Positions 36,992 to 47,295 are shown, counted from the first letter of the stretch. The stretch: DNA of 64,000 nucleotides from Alphaproteobacteria bacterium (GCA_041908065.1 JAYRGC010000028.1:8206-72205), one strand, 5' to 3'. Program-made: numbers and translations. Notes: generated from the sequence alone by a model not told the origin.

Positions 36992-38239
36992 ATGACTGAA
37001 ACAAACACACGCATGGCTGATCGCATTGAGATTTGGCCAGTGGGAAAACTTGTCCCTTACGACAAGAACCCGCGCACCCATTCGACGGAACAGGTCAATC
37101 AAATTGCGGCAAGCATCGCTGAGTTTGGCTTTTTGAATCCTATTCTCGTCGACACGACGGCAGGGATCATTGCAGGGCATGGCCGCCTCCAGGCGGCAAA
37201 ACAACTCGGCCTCGCGCAAGTCCCTGTCGTCGTTCTGGATCATCTGACGGAAGCGCAAAAACGCGCCTACGTCATCGCCGATAACAAGCTGGCGCTTAAC
37301 GCTGGCTGGGACGAAGATTTACTGCGCTCGGAAATGGCGGCGCTGGCGGCAGAGGATTTTGATTTGCCTGTCATCGGCTTTTCAGACGACGAGCTGGCGG
37401 ATTTGCTGGCCGATCCGAATGTTGTCGAAGGCCAGACGGACGAAGATGCCGTGCCGGAAGCGCCGGAGGTTCCGGTCAGCAAGCCCGGCGATCTCTGGCG
37501 GCTGGGCAACCACCTCTTGCTTTGCGGGGACAGCACCGTGCTGGCCAATGTCGAACGGGCGCTGGGCGGGATGCTGGCCGACATGGTGTTTACCGATCCG
37601 CCCTATAATGTGGATTACGGCAACGCAGCCAAGGACAAGATGCGCGGCAACAAGCGCACCATCATGAACGACAATCTGGGCGAAGGCTTCGAGAAGTTCC
37701 TTTACGATGCTTGCGTCAACATGCTGACCGTCTGCAAGGGGGCAATCTATGTTTGCATGTCCTCAAGCGAATTGCATTCCTTGCAAAAGGCTTTCACGGA
37801 CGCTGGCGGCAAATGGTCGACCTTCGTCATTTGGGCGAAAAACACCTTCACGCTGGGACGCGCGGATTATCAGCGCCAGTACGAGCCGATCCTCTACGGC
37901 TGGAAACAAGGCACGGATCATTACTGGTGCGGCGCGCGCGACCAGGGCGATGTGTGGTTCGTCAACAAGCCGGTGCGGAACGAATTGCATCCGACCATGA
38001 AGCCGGTGGAGCTGGTGGAACGTGCCATCAGCAACAGCAGCAAGAGCCGTGACATCGTGCTGGACTGTTTCGGCGGCTCCGGCACCACGCTGATCGCGTG
38101 TGAAAAGCTGAACCGCCAATGCCGGATGATCGAGCTGGATCCCAAATATGTCGATGTGATCGTCAAGCGCTGGGAAGAATTTACGGGCCGCAAGGCGGAG
38201 TTGATTTCACCTGAAGAAAAAACCGCGCCGGACGATTGA
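36992..38239 (+). CDS. ParB-like nuclease domain fused to an N6/N4 DNA methyltransferase (DPPY motif)
   Basis: ParB-N KNPRTHS ... GHGRLQAAKQLG. Motif IV FTDPPYNV and motif I VLDCFGGSGTTLIACE. Confidence 0.85.
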   Translation: MTETNTRMADRIEIWPVGKLVPYDKNPRTHSTEQVNQIAASIAEFGFLNPILVDTTAGIIAGHGRLQAAKQLGLAQVPVVVLDHLTEAQKRAYVIADNKLALNAGWDEDLLRSEMAALAAEDFDLPVIGFSDDELADLLADPNVVEGQTDEDAVPEAPEVPVSKPGDLWRLGNHLLLCGDSTVLANVERALGGMLADMVFTDPPYNVDYGNAAKDKMRGNKRTIMNDNLGEGFEKFLYDACVNMLTVCKGAIYVCMSSSELHSLQKAFTDAGGKWSTFVIWAKNTFTLGRADYQRQYEPILYGWKQGTDHYWCGARDQGDVWFVNKPVRNELHPTMKPVELVERAISNSSKSRDIVLDCFGGSGTTLIACEKLNRQCRMIELDPKYVDVIVKRWEEFTGRKAELISPEEKTAPDD

Positions 38240-38263
38240 TGATCATCCGGCGCGGCGGTGGTG

Positions 38264-38656
38264 TTATTGATTTTCAGCGCTGGCTTGTTTCTTTGCGCTG
38301 GGGCCGGAAGCGATTTTGTAAATGCGCTGTTCGCCCTTGGGTTTATCAGACACGATTTCGTAGCCGCGCTTCTTGGCCAGCGCATGGGACAAAGCGCTAC
38401 GGATCGTGTGTTTTTGCCAGCCTGTTGCGGCCACCATGTCCTCAATGGTGGCGCCTTCGGGGCGCGATAGCAATTGAATGACCGCTTCCAGCTTGCTTTC
38501 CTTGCGGACGGGCATGTTGGCAACGGCATCTAGCGCCGCCTTCATAGGCGGGGACAGTTTTTTCGGTACGCTCTTTTTGGGAGCGGGCTTGGCAGTGGTT
38601 TTGGCCTTGGCCGTTTTCACGGATTTGGCCTTTTTGGCTTTGGGTTTTGTGGGCAT
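38264..38656 (-). CDS. DUF3489-like protein with a lysine-rich N-terminus
   Basis: SKLEAVIQLLSRPEGATIEDMVAATGWQKHTIRSALS..LAKKRGYEI resembles DUF3489 as I recall it. It is the only minus-strand gene in the prophage core. Confidence 0.6.
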   Translation of the reverse strand: MPTKPKAKKAKSVKTAKAKTTAKPAPKKSVPKKLSPPMKAALDAVANMPVRKESKLEAVIQLLSRPEGATIEDMVAATGWQKHTIRSALSHALAKKRGYEIVSDKPKGEQRIYKIASGPSAKKQASAENQ

Positions 38657-38675
38657 AAGCGTTCTCCTTTCTTCA

Positions 38676-38704
38676 CCATGAACGCTTCATTCCCGGCACT
38701 TATC
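38676..38704 (-). promoter_or_regulatory. 29-bp conserved element, copy 2, upstream of the DUF3489-like gene
   Basis: The reverse complement GATAAGTGCCGGGAATGAAGCGTTCATGG lies 20 nt upstream of the ATG at 38656, in the same orientation relative to its gene as copy 1. Confidence 0.55.
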
Positions 38705-38767
38705 CAGTCAATTATCGAGCAATCTGATGGCTTTATTCGGCCACAATGGATCATGGAATGATGTACT

Positions 38768-39319
38768 TTGAGCGAAGGTTTATCGATTACAGCGTATGCA
38801 CGCCATCGCGGCGTGAGCCACGTCGCCGTGTTAAAGGCGATAAAGGCCGGACGCATCGAAAAGGAGCCAGACGGCACCATCAATCCCGCGAAAGCCGACG
38901 CCGCGTGGGAACGAAACACAAATCAGGCACAAAAGCGCAAGCCGACAAAATCGAGCGAACCGCCGCGCCATGAACATGCGCCGGAGCCACAGGGAGAAAC
39001 GCCTGTTGGCCCGCCCATCGTCAACAGCGGCCCCAGCTTCGCGCAAAGCCGTGCGATCAAGGAAGCCTACAATGCGCGGCTGGCCAAGCTGGCTTATGAA
39101 GAAAAATCCGGTGCGCTGGTGCGAACCGACAGCGTCAAGGTGGCCTGGTTCAATACGTTGCGCGTGATCCGCGACCGCGCATTGAATTTGCCGGATCGTC
39201 TTGCACCGCTGCTGGCGGCCGAGACTGATCCGAAAGTTGTGCGCGATCTGCTGGAGGAGGAATTACGCACCATCCTGAATGACGCAGCCGATGCGATAGC
39301 GAATTTGGAGATCGGCTGA
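38768..39319 (+). CDS. terminase small subunit (HTH type)
   Basis: N-terminal HTH ITAYARHRGVSHVAVLKAIKAGRI. Sits directly upstream of the large terminase. TTG start. Confidence 0.7.
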   Translation: MSEGLSITAYARHRGVSHVAVLKAIKAGRIEKEPDGTINPAKADAAWERNTNQAQKRKPTKSSEPPRHEHAPEPQGETPVGPPIVNSGPSFAQSRAIKEAYNARLAKLAYEEKSGALVRTDSVKVAWFNTLRVIRDRALNLPDRLAPLLAAETDPKVVRDLLEEELRTILNDAADAIANLEIG

Positions 39320-39321
39320 TC

Positions 39322-41217
39322 ATGGAAGCCTTGCAGGAATGTTTGACGCACGCCGCGCTGGCGCTGCGACCGGATCCCCGTTTGTCGGTTTCGGAATGGG
39401 CGGATGCACATCGTTATCTGTCCCAGACCGCCTCCGGCGAACCCGGCCCGTGGCGCACGGATCGCACGCCGTACATGCGCGAGATCATGGATTGCCTTTC
39501 GCCTTCGTCCCCCGTGGAGAAGGTGATCTTCATGAAAGGTGCCCAGATCGGCGGCACCGAGGCTGGTAACAACTGGATCGGTTACGTCATACACCACTCG
39601 CCGGGGCCGATGCTGGCGGTGCAGCCGACCGTGGAAATGGCCAAGCGCTGGTCGAAGCAGCGCGTGGCATCTTTGATCGACAGCACGCCTGTCCTGCGGG
39701 AGCGCGTAAAGGAGGCGCGTTCCCGCGACAGCGGAAACACGGTGCAGAGCAAAGAATTTCCGGGCGGCATCCTGGTCATGACGGGTGCGAACAGCGCGGT
39801 GGGCTTGCGCTCCATGCCTGTGCGTTACCTCTTTCTTGATGAGGTGGACGCTTACGATTTCGACGTGGATGGTGAAGGTGATCCGGTGTCGTTGGCCAGC
39901 CAACGCACTATCACGTTTGCCAACCGGAAAATCTTTCTGGTTTCCACGCCGACAATCCAGGGCTTCAGCCGGATCGAGCTGGAATACGATGCTTCCGACC
40001 GCCGCCGCTGGTGGGTGCCATGCCCGGAATGCGGTGATTATCAGGTGCTGGAAGAAAAGCGCTTGCAGTGGCCGAAGGATCAGCCGGAACAGGCTGCTTA
40101 TTATTGCGTTCATTGCGGCGTTGCCATCCCGACGCACCGCAAGGCGTGGATGAATGCGCGGGGCGAATGGCGTGCGGATGCGCCTGGGCCTGGCAAGGCG
40201 GCGGGGTTTCACCTCTCCGGCCTGAACAGCCCGTGGCTCACCTGGGCGCAGATCGCCGAACGCAAGGTGGCCGCCAAAGATGATGCGGCAATGAAGGTGT
40301 ATGTCAACACCATCGAGGCGCGCACCTGGACAGAATCCGGTGAAGCGCCGGAATGGCAGCGGCTTTACGACCGCCGCGAAGATTATCGCATCGGCGAAGT
40401 GCCGGAGGGAGGCTTATTCCTCACCGCCGGTGTCGACGTGCAAAAAGATCGCATTGAGCTGGAGATTGTGGCTTGGGGCCGCGACCGCGAAAGCTGGTCG
40501 GTGGATTATCGTGTGTTGCAGGGTGATCCGGTCAAACCGGATGTCTGGCGGCAGCTTGACGGCGTGCTGGCAGAAACTTTCACGCATGCAGGGAACACGG
40601 AGCTTTCAATTCTGCGGCTTGCCATTGATACGGGCTATGCCACGCAGGAGGTTTACGATTGGGTACGCCGGCAGCAATCAGATCGCGTCATCGCCATCAA
40701 AGGCGTTGAACGTCTGGGCGCGGCCATCGGCACGCCAAGCCATATCGATGTCACGACAAGCGGCAAGCGCAAACGGCGCGGGTTGCTGGTTTGGCCGGTG
40801 GGTTCGTCTTTTTGCAAGTCGGAACTTTACGGCTGTCTGCGGAAAGACAAGCCCACCGATGAGCAATTAGCGAATGGCGAAACATATCCGGCAGGGTTTT
40901 GTCATTTTCCGAAGCATGGCGAGGAATATTTCAAGCAGCTCACCGCCGAACGGCTGGTGACAGTCAAAGACAAGCGCGGCTTTCCCCGAAGGGAATGGCG
41001 CAAGCTGCGGGAACGTAACGAGGCGCTGGATTGCCGGATTTATGCCCGTGCGGCGGCATCCGCGCTGGGGATTGACCGATTTGGCGATGCGACATGGGAG
41101 AAACTGGAGCGTGCGCTGGGTCGGAATATCCAGGCGCACGTAGCTGCGCCGGAAACACAGAAACCAACACCGACAACGCCCGCCACACGGCGCGTGATCA
41201 GGAGTGATTATCTATGA
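39322..41217 (+). CDS. terminase large subunit (lambda GpA family)
   Basis: 631 aa. WADAHRYLS..GEPGPWRTDRTPYMREIMD..FMKGAQIGGTE, zinc-finger-like CPECGDYQ...YCVHCG. Confidence 0.9.
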   Translation: MEALQECLTHAALALRPDPRLSVSEWADAHRYLSQTASGEPGPWRTDRTPYMREIMDCLSPSSPVEKVIFMKGAQIGGTEAGNNWIGYVIHHSPGPMLAVQPTVEMAKRWSKQRVASLIDSTPVLRERVKEARSRDSGNTVQSKEFPGGILVMTGANSAVGLRSMPVRYLFLDEVDAYDFDVDGEGDPVSLASQRTITFANRKIFLVSTPTIQGFSRIELEYDASDRRRWWVPCPECGDYQVLEEKRLQWPKDQPEQAAYYCVHCGVAIPTHRKAWMNARGEWRADAPGPGKAAGFHLSGLNSPWLTWAQIAERKVAAKDDAAMKVYVNTIEARTWTESGEAPEWQRLYDRREDYRIGEVPEGGLFLTAGVDVQKDRIELEIVAWGRDRESWSVDYRVLQGDPVKPDVWRQLDGVLAETFTHAGNTELSILRLAIDTGYATQEVYDWVRRQQSDRVIAIKGVERLGAAIGTPSHIDVTTSGKRKRRGLLVWPVGSSFCKSELYGCLRKDKPTDEQLANGETYPAGFCHFPKHGEEYFKQLTAERLVTVKDKRGFPRREWRKLRERNEALDCRIYARAAASALGIDRFGDATWEKLERALGRNIQAHVAAPETQKPTPTTPATRRVIRSDYL

Positions 41218-41420
41218 CCTACACCACCGCACAGCGTGATGCCTTGCGACAGGCCATCGTCAGCGGCGTTCTGCGCCTGTCCTATGACGGCAAGAATGTC
41301 GAATACCGCTCGATGGCCGAACTAAAGGCTGCGCTGAACGAAATCGAATCCGCCCTGGCACGCGATAGCGGCCAGCCGCAAACCCGTCAAATCAAAATCT
41401 ACGCCGACAAGGATTTATAA
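41214..41420 (+). CDS. head-tail joining protein (gpW-like)
   Basis: 68 aa between terminase and portal. LRLSYDGKNVEYRSMAELKAAL pattern. Confidence 0.7.
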   Translation: MTYTTAQRDALRQAIVSGVLRLSYDGKNVEYRSMAELKAALNEIESALARDSGQPQTRQIKIYADKDL

Positions 41421-42929
41421 GTGAACCTGTTCTCCCGTATCAGCGCCGCGATGAAATTCGCGGCGACCGGAAGGCTGTCCGCATCCGCCTTTGAAGGCGC
41501 GATGCAAAACCGCCGCCTGATCGCCTGGAAAGCCACGCAGGAAAATATCAATTCCCTGCTGTCTTCCGGTGGTGATCTCCTGCGCGCGCGTGCGCGGCAG
41601 ATCGTGCGGTCAAATCCTTATGCCTCCAACGCTGCCGACAGTTTCGTCGCCAATGCGGTGGGCGCTGGGATCGTGCCATCGAGCCTGATTTCAGACACGG
41701 CACTGAAGGATGAATTGCAGCGGGTGTGGTTGGCGTGGACGGATGAAGCCGACGCCGACGACCTGACTGATTTCTACGGCCTGCAGGCGCTGGCCGCACG
41801 AGCTATGTTCGAGGCGGGCGAGTGTTTCGTGCGCTTCCGTCCCCGCCGTCCAGAAGATGGATTGACCGTGCCGCTGCAGCTTCAACTGCTGGAGTCCGAA
41901 CATTTGCCTTTTGAGAAAAACGAAATCGGCAGTAACGGCAATCAAATCCGGTGCGGTATCGAATTTGATAAAATCGGGCGGCGCGTTGCATATCATTTTT
42001 ACCGGAAGCATCCAGGCGATGCGACCGACCAGAGCAATAAAGGCGAGATCGTGCGCGTTCTCGCCAGCGAGGTTCTGCACCTCTATCGCCCGCAACGTCC
42101 CGGCCAAATCCGTGGTGTGCCGTGGATTTCGCCTGCGCTGGTGAAGCTCTATCTGCTTGACCAGTATGATGATGCCGAACTTGACCGCAAGAAGGTCGCG
42201 GCGCTGTTCGCCGGGTTCATTACCAAGAACGCGCCGGAGGATAATCTGCTGGGCGAAGGCGCACCGGATACGGCGGGCGCCGCCGTGGCGGGGCTGTCTC
42301 CCGGCACGATGCAAGTCCTGCTTCCCGGTGAGGATGTAAAATTCTCGTCGCCTGCCGATGTGGGCGGCTCGTATGAAATGTTCCAATACCGCACGCTGCT
42401 TGCCATCGCGGCGGCGCTGGGTGTGCCGTACACAAACGTCACCGGCGATCTGAAGGCTGCGAATTATTCCAGTATCCGCGCTGGGACGGTGGAATTCCGT
42501 CGCCGGATGGATCAGTTCCAGCACGCGACGCTGATTTATCAGCTCTGCCGTCCGGTGTGGAAGCGCTGGATGGAAACCGCCGTGCTTTCAGGTGCGCTCC
42601 GTTTTTCAGGCTTTGCCAATGATCCCGCAAAATATACGGCGGTCAAATGGATAACCCCGAAATGGGAATGGGTGGATCCTCTCAAAGACCGTCAGGCCGA
42701 AAAGATCGCGCAGGAATGCGGCTGGAAAGCGCCGTCCGACATCATCGAAGCCGAAGGCTATGACGTGGACGAAACCTACCGCCGCATTGCCGCCGACCAG
42801 AAACGGGCCGATGCGCTGGGTATTCGCCTGGGCAAACCGGAACAGGCCGCTCCTGCACCAGAGCCGGTGCCGCAAGAGGACGACGACAAACCGCAACCAT
42901 CTGAAAAAACCGAAGAAGGACAACAATGA
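41421..42929 (+). CDS. portal protein (lambda family)
   Basis: 502 aa, positioned after gpW, acidic C-terminus. GTG start. Confidence 0.85.
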   Translation: MNLFSRISAAMKFAATGRLSASAFEGAMQNRRLIAWKATQENINSLLSSGGDLLRARARQIVRSNPYASNAADSFVANAVGAGIVPSSLISDTALKDELQRVWLAWTDEADADDLTDFYGLQALAARAMFEAGECFVRFRPRRPEDGLTVPLQLQLLESEHLPFEKNEIGSNGNQIRCGIEFDKIGRRVAYHFYRKHPGDATDQSNKGEIVRVLASEVLHLYRPQRPGQIRGVPWISPALVKLYLLDQYDDAELDRKKVAALFAGFITKNAPEDNLLGEGAPDTAGAAVAGLSPGTMQVLLPGEDVKFSSPADVGGSYEMFQYRTLLAIAAALGVPYTNVTGDLKAANYSSIRAGTVEFRRRMDQFQHATLIYQLCRPVWKRWMETAVLSGALRFSGFANDPAKYTAVKWITPKWEWVDPLKDRQAEKIAQECGWKAPSDIIEAEGYDVDETYRRIAADQKRADALGIRLGKPEQAAPAPEPVPQEDDDKPQPSEKTEEGQQ

Positions 42930-44146
42930 CCATTCTGCCACACATCGCCGGGCGCGTATTCGACACGCCCCTTCTGATTGTCCGTGCCAAGCTCGATACC
43001 ATTCTGGCCGTTCTCGCTCCGCGCCTGCGCGGTGAAAATATCCCGTTCGGTAGCAAGCCCGGCGCGCGGGATTACGAACTGGCGGACGGCATCGCCATTA
43101 TCCCCGTGGTCGGCACACTGGTGCGCCGGACGGTGGGGTTGGAGGCGCAAAGCGGATTGATGAGCTATGGCGTAATTGCCGACCGGCTGGACGCGGCGCT
43201 GCAGGACAATGCCGTCAAAGGTATCCTGCTTGATATCGACAGCCCCGGCGGTGAAGCTGGTGGCGTATTCGATCTGGCCGACAAGATTTTCGCGTCACGC
43301 AAAAGCAAGCCGATCTGGGCAGTCGTCAATGATGAAGCCTTTTCTGCTGCCTATGCCATTGCGGCCGCCACGGATAAAATTTATCTGTCCCGCACAGGCG
43401 GCGTTGGTTCCGTTGGTGTCATTGCCGTTCATCTCGACCAGAGCGTTGCTGAATCTGATGCTGGGTTGAAATACACGGCGGTCTATGCCGGTGGGCATAA
43501 AAACGATTTTTCGCCCCATGAACCCCTTAGCGATCCCGCCCGCGAACAACTGCAGACGGAAGTGGATCGCGTCTACGAGATTTTCACAACATCCGTCGCG
43601 CGCATGCGTGGCCTGGAACTCGCCGCTGTCAAGGCGACGGAGGCGGCTCTTTATTTTGGTGATCAGTCGATTGCCGCGGGGCTTGCAGACCGGATCGGGA
43701 CGATGGGCGACGCCTTATCCGATCTCACGAAAAAAGTCGCCCGCCCTTCGTCACCATCCACCCGAACCCTGAAAAGAAAGGAAGCTCCCATGACGGAAAC
43801 AAACCAACCTGCCGAGGACGTGAATCCTGAAAAGGAAACCGCGCCCGATCTTGAAACCATGAAAGCTGGCTTCAAGGAAGAGGCAAAAACCGAGGCGATG
43901 GCATACGTCGCCGAAGTGACCGAGCTGTGCCAGCTCGCTGGCGTGCCGGATAAAGCTGCAGCGTTTATCGCCAAAGCCATTCCGACTGCCGATGTGCGTA
44001 AAGCGCTTCTCGAAGCGCGTGCCACACAGGCGGAAGCGACAGCCATCGCTGGTCAAGTCCCCGCCAATACCAACCCCACCAACAACGCGGAACCGAAAAT
44101 CGATACGGCGGCGATCTACGCGGCCCGCAACAAGAAAGGAAACTAA
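42926..44146 (+). CDS. prohead protease/scaffold (S49 ClpP/SppA-like, gpC-like)
   Basis: GILLDIDSPGGEAGG ... NDEAFSAAYAIAAATDKIY. ATGA-coupled to the portal gene. Confidence 0.85.
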   Translation: MTILPHIAGRVFDTPLLIVRAKLDTILAVLAPRLRGENIPFGSKPGARDYELADGIAIIPVVGTLVRRTVGLEAQSGLMSYGVIADRLDAALQDNAVKGILLDIDSPGGEAGGVFDLADKIFASRKSKPIWAVVNDEAFSAAYAIAAATDKIYLSRTGGVGSVGVIAVHLDQSVAESDAGLKYTAVYAGGHKNDFSPHEPLSDPAREQLQTEVDRVYEIFTTSVARMRGLELAAVKATEAALYFGDQSIAAGLADRIGTMGDALSDLTKKVARPSSPSTRTLKRKEAPMTETNQPAEDVNPEKETAPDLETMKAGFKEEAKTEAMAYVAEVTELCQLAGVPDKAAAFIAKAIPTADVRKALLEARATQAEATAIAGQVPANTNPTNNAEPKIDTAAIYAARNKKGN

Positions 44147-44148
44147 CC

Positions 44149-44790
44149 ATGCCTGAACTTACCGAAGGCCAGCATAAGGCCGAATTTATCGTGACAGAAG
44201 CCAATGGCCGTCTGTCGCGTGAGATCGTGACAATCCTGTCCGGTCAAAACCTCAAACCTGGCCATGTGCTGGGTAAGGCGGCCGTTGGCGCCGCGACGGG
44301 CGCTGCCGTCTCCGGCAATACCGGCAACGGCGCGATCAGCGCGGTTTCTGCGGGCAACACCGCAAAAGCTGGCGTTTACACCGCAACCTGTATCGAGCCT
44401 GCCTCCAACGGCGGCACGTTCTCGGTTGAGGATCCTGACGGTGTAGTCGTTGGCACGGCTGTTGTCGCCACGCCTTTCGCTGGGCCTGTCAACTTTACCA
44501 TCGGTGATGGCGGGACGGATTTCGTGGCGGGTGACCGTTTCGCAATCACGGTCGCCCCTGGCTCCGGCAAATATAAGGAATACAACCCCGCCAACACGGA
44601 CGGTTCGCAAACCGCCGTGGCGATCTTGCTCGACGCTGTGGATGCCACCGGCGGCGACAAGGAAGGCGTGATTGTTGCCCGCCATGCCGAAGTCAATGCC
44701 GCAGAACTGATCTGGTTCTCCGGCGCTGATGCAAACCAGAAAACCGCCGGTCTCGCCAATCTTGCCGCGGCGACGATCATCGGACGCTAA
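44149..44790 (+). CDS. head decoration protein
   Basis: Lies between protease and major capsid genes. N-terminal region LSREIVTILSGQNLKPGHVLGK is typical of decoration proteins. Confidence 0.65.
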   Translation: MPELTEGQHKAEFIVTEANGRLSREIVTILSGQNLKPGHVLGKAAVGAATGAAVSGNTGNGAISAVSAGNTAKAGVYTATCIEPASNGGTFSVEDPDGVVVGTAVVATPFAGPVNFTIGDGGTDFVAGDRFAITVAPGSGKYKEYNPANTDGSQTAVAILLDAVDATGGDKEGVIVARHAEVNAAELIWFSGADANQKTAGLANLAAATIIGR

Positions 44791-44810
44791 CCGTTCAAAA
44801 ACTCAAACCG

Positions 44811-44842
44811 AAGCCCCGCCCTAAAAAGCGGGGCTTTTTATT
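44811..44842 (+). terminator. rho-independent terminator/attenuator between the decoration and capsid genes
   Basis: AAGCCCCGC (8-nt loop) GCGGGGCTT followed by TTTATT. Confidence 0.7.
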
Positions 44843-44863
44843 CCCACCCGAAAGGAGCCTCGC

Positions 44864-45880
44864 ATGCCTACCCTTGATATTTTTTCCAACAATGCCTTTT
44901 CGGTGATCTCACTCACCGATGCGGTCAACAAAATGCCGTTTGTTCCTGGCCGTATCGGCCAGCTCGGCCTTTTTGAAGAAAAAGGCGTATCCACGACCTC
45001 AATCATGATCGAAGAGAAAGAAGGTTCTCTGACGCTCATTGAAACCAGCCAGCGTGGCGCGCCTGCCCAGCAAAACAAGCACAACAAGCGTAAAGCACGC
45101 TCGTTGGCGATTCCGCATATCGCGCTGGAAGACACGATTCAAGCCGACGAAATCCAGAATGTCCGCTCTTTCGGGAGCGAGGCCCAACTGGAAGGCGTGC
45201 AAAGCGTCGTGAATTCCCGCCTTTCCGAAATCATGCCCAAGCATGATGCCACGCTGGAGCATTTGCGGATCGGCGCGATCAAAGGGCAAATCCTCGATGC
45301 CGATGGCGTGACGGTTCTCTACGATCTGTTCACGGAATTCGGCGTGTCGCAAGTCGCGGAGGTGGATTTCGACCTTGATAACGCCACTCCGGCCAAAGGA
45401 GCGGTGCGCAAGAAATGCCACGACGTGATCCGCAAGATCGAGGATGAACTTGGTTCGGCACCGTACACTTACATTCATGCGATGTGTTCGGCGGAATTCT
45501 TCGACGATCTTGTGTCTCATCCCGAAGTCGAGGAAGCCTATCGCCGCTTTCAGGAAAGCGCTTTCCTGCGCGCTGGTCTTGCCCGCAAGAGTTTTGAGTA
45601 TGCGGGCATTACCTTCGAGGAATATCGCGGCAAAGTTGGCGGGGTGGATTTCATTCCCGCGAACAAAGCGCATTTCTTCCCGGTTGGCGTGCCTGGACTG
45701 TTCAAGCAGTACAACGCGCCGGCAGACTTCGTGGAAACGGCGAATACCATTGGCCTGCCGCGTTACGCCAAACAGGCCATTGATCAGGAGTTCGGTCGCT
45801 GGGTTAAGCTGCACACGCAGTCAAACCCGCTGCCGATCTGCACCCGCCCGAAAGTGTTGATCAAAGCCAAGCGGACGTAA
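44864..45880 (+). CDS. major capsid protein (lambda gpE family)
   Basis: 338 aa. MPTLDIFSNNAFSVISLTDAVNKMPFVPGRIGQLGLFEEKGVSTTSI is a typical gpE N-terminus. Confidence 0.9.
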   Translation: MPTLDIFSNNAFSVISLTDAVNKMPFVPGRIGQLGLFEEKGVSTTSIMIEEKEGSLTLIETSQRGAPAQQNKHNKRKARSLAIPHIALEDTIQADEIQNVRSFGSEAQLEGVQSVVNSRLSEIMPKHDATLEHLRIGAIKGQILDADGVTVLYDLFTEFGVSQVAEVDFDLDNATPAKGAVRKKCHDVIRKIEDELGSAPYTYIHAMCSAEFFDDLVSHPEVEEAYRRFQESAFLRAGLARKSFEYAGITFEEYRGKVGGVDFIPANKAHFFPVGVPGLFKQYNAPADFVETANTIGLPRYAKQAIDQEFGRWVKLHTQSNPLPICTRPKVLIKAKRT

Positions 45881-45884
45881 GACC

Positions 45885-46196
45885 GTGGCTTTTCCCGGCA
45901 TGATCGACCAGCTTTTTACGGATCCCGTATTGAGCAAGCCCGCCACCTATCTGGCATTTGGCACATCCACACCGTATCCGGTGCGGGTGATTTCAAAGCA
46001 GCCGGATACGGTGGTGGGATTCGGCGACGGACAGTTGCATGTGTCGACAGTTTTGTTCGACGTGCGCAGCCTGGACGTTCCTGAACCCGCCAAAGGTGAC
46101 CAAATCACCTGTGAGGGCATCACCTATGTCGTGCAATCCGAACCCAAAGCAGACCGTGAGCGCCTTGTCTGGACGCTCGATGTGAGGCCCGCATGA
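45885..46196 (+). CDS. head completion / connector protein (hypothetical)
   Basis: 103-codon ORF just after the capsid gene. Call is by position only. Confidence 0.35.
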   Translation: MAFPGMIDQLFTDPVLSKPATYLAFGTSTPYPVRVISKQPDTVVGFGDGQLHVSTVLFDVRSLDVPEPAKGDQITCEGITYVVQSEPKADRERLVWTLDVRPA

Positions 46197-46840
46197 GACT
46201 GCAAGCCGCCATTCAAGGCAATTTGAAAGCCATGATGGCAACCGAAGTCAAAGCCGCTGAAAAAGCTGTCAGCGGTGGGGTGCGCCAGGCCACGGACGGT
46301 TTGAAGAACGAATTGCGCAGCCAGGTGACGGGCGCTGGGCTTGGAGAACGCCTTGCCAAAAGCTGGCGCGGCGATCTCTATCCCAAAGGCGGCATGAGCA
46401 TCAACGCTGCTGGGTTTATTTATACGAAAGCGCCGGAAATTATCGGGGCATTTGCCTACGGGGTAACTATCCGCAGCAAGAGCGGACGGTTTCTGGCAAT
46501 CCCTACGCAATACGTCACGCGCCGTCAAAATAAGAAAGTCACGCCTGCTGATTTTGCCGAGGCTGGCATTCCGCTTCGCTATGTGCCGCCGAAAGGTGCG
46601 CGGCGTGTCGGATTGCTGGTCGTCGATGATTTCCGCATCACCAGCAAAGGCAAAGCGCGTGTCGCCAGTGATCGAGCGAAAAAGACAGGACGCGGTTTAA
46701 CCACCGTCGTCATGTTTATCCTTGTGCCGCAAGCGCAACTGAAAAAACGCTTCGATATCGACAGCGTTGCCAAGAAATGGATCGAGCGTTTGCCGTCACT
46801 CGTCACGGCAAGCTGGCCCGACGAAAAGGAAGAAAAATGA
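46193..46840 (+). CDS. phage morphogenesis protein (hypothetical)
   Basis: 215 aa, coupled to its neighbours by overlaps. Call is by position in the head-tail joining region. Confidence 0.4.
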   Translation: MRLQAAIQGNLKAMMATEVKAAEKAVSGGVRQATDGLKNELRSQVTGAGLGERLAKSWRGDLYPKGGMSINAAGFIYTKAPEIIGAFAYGVTIRSKSGRFLAIPTQYVTRRQNKKVTPADFAEAGIPLRYVPPKGARRVGLLVVDDFRITSKGKARVASDRAKKTGRGLTTVVMFILVPQAQLKKRFDIDSVAKKWIERLPSLVTASWPDEKEEK

Positions 46841-47265
46841 CCGATAGAGAAGCCATCCTGCAGGCGCTGTTCGCGCTTTTGCAGACGATCACTGACGCCA
46901 CCATTTTGCGCAACGAGGCATTGCCGGAGCGTATTCCGGATGGCGGCCTGATTATTCTGCGCGACGGCGATCCTGGCGAACCGGAAACGCTGCTTTCGCC
47001 TGTTTCCTATTACTGGCAGCACCGCGCGCTGGTGGAAGCTATTGTTCAAAAAGGCGATCAGGCCGCGCGTGATCTCGCGCTGGACGGCCTGTATCGCAAG
47101 ATTTCCCTCGCCATCGCGGGCGACCGCACGTTGGGCGGCCTTTGCGACCGTGTCACACCGCAAGCGCCGGACAGCAATGTGCTGGCGGTCGAGGGATCGC
47201 CGCAAATCAAGGGCGCAATCATTCCCGTCGAACTCATCTACGTCACCGCCGATCCCCTCGGCTGA
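46837..47265 (+). CDS. tail completion / terminator-like protein (hypothetical)
   Basis: ATGA-coupled. Lies immediately upstream of the putative tail tube gene. Confidence 0.35.
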   Translation: MTDREAILQALFALLQTITDATILRNEALPERIPDGGLIILRDGDPGEPETLLSPVSYYWQHRALVEAIVQKGDQAARDLALDGLYRKISLAIAGDRTLGGLCDRVTPQAPDSNVLAVEGSPQIKGAIIPVELIYVTADPLG

Positions 47266-47295
47266 TTTCTTTCAACTCAAACATAGGAGGTAAAC

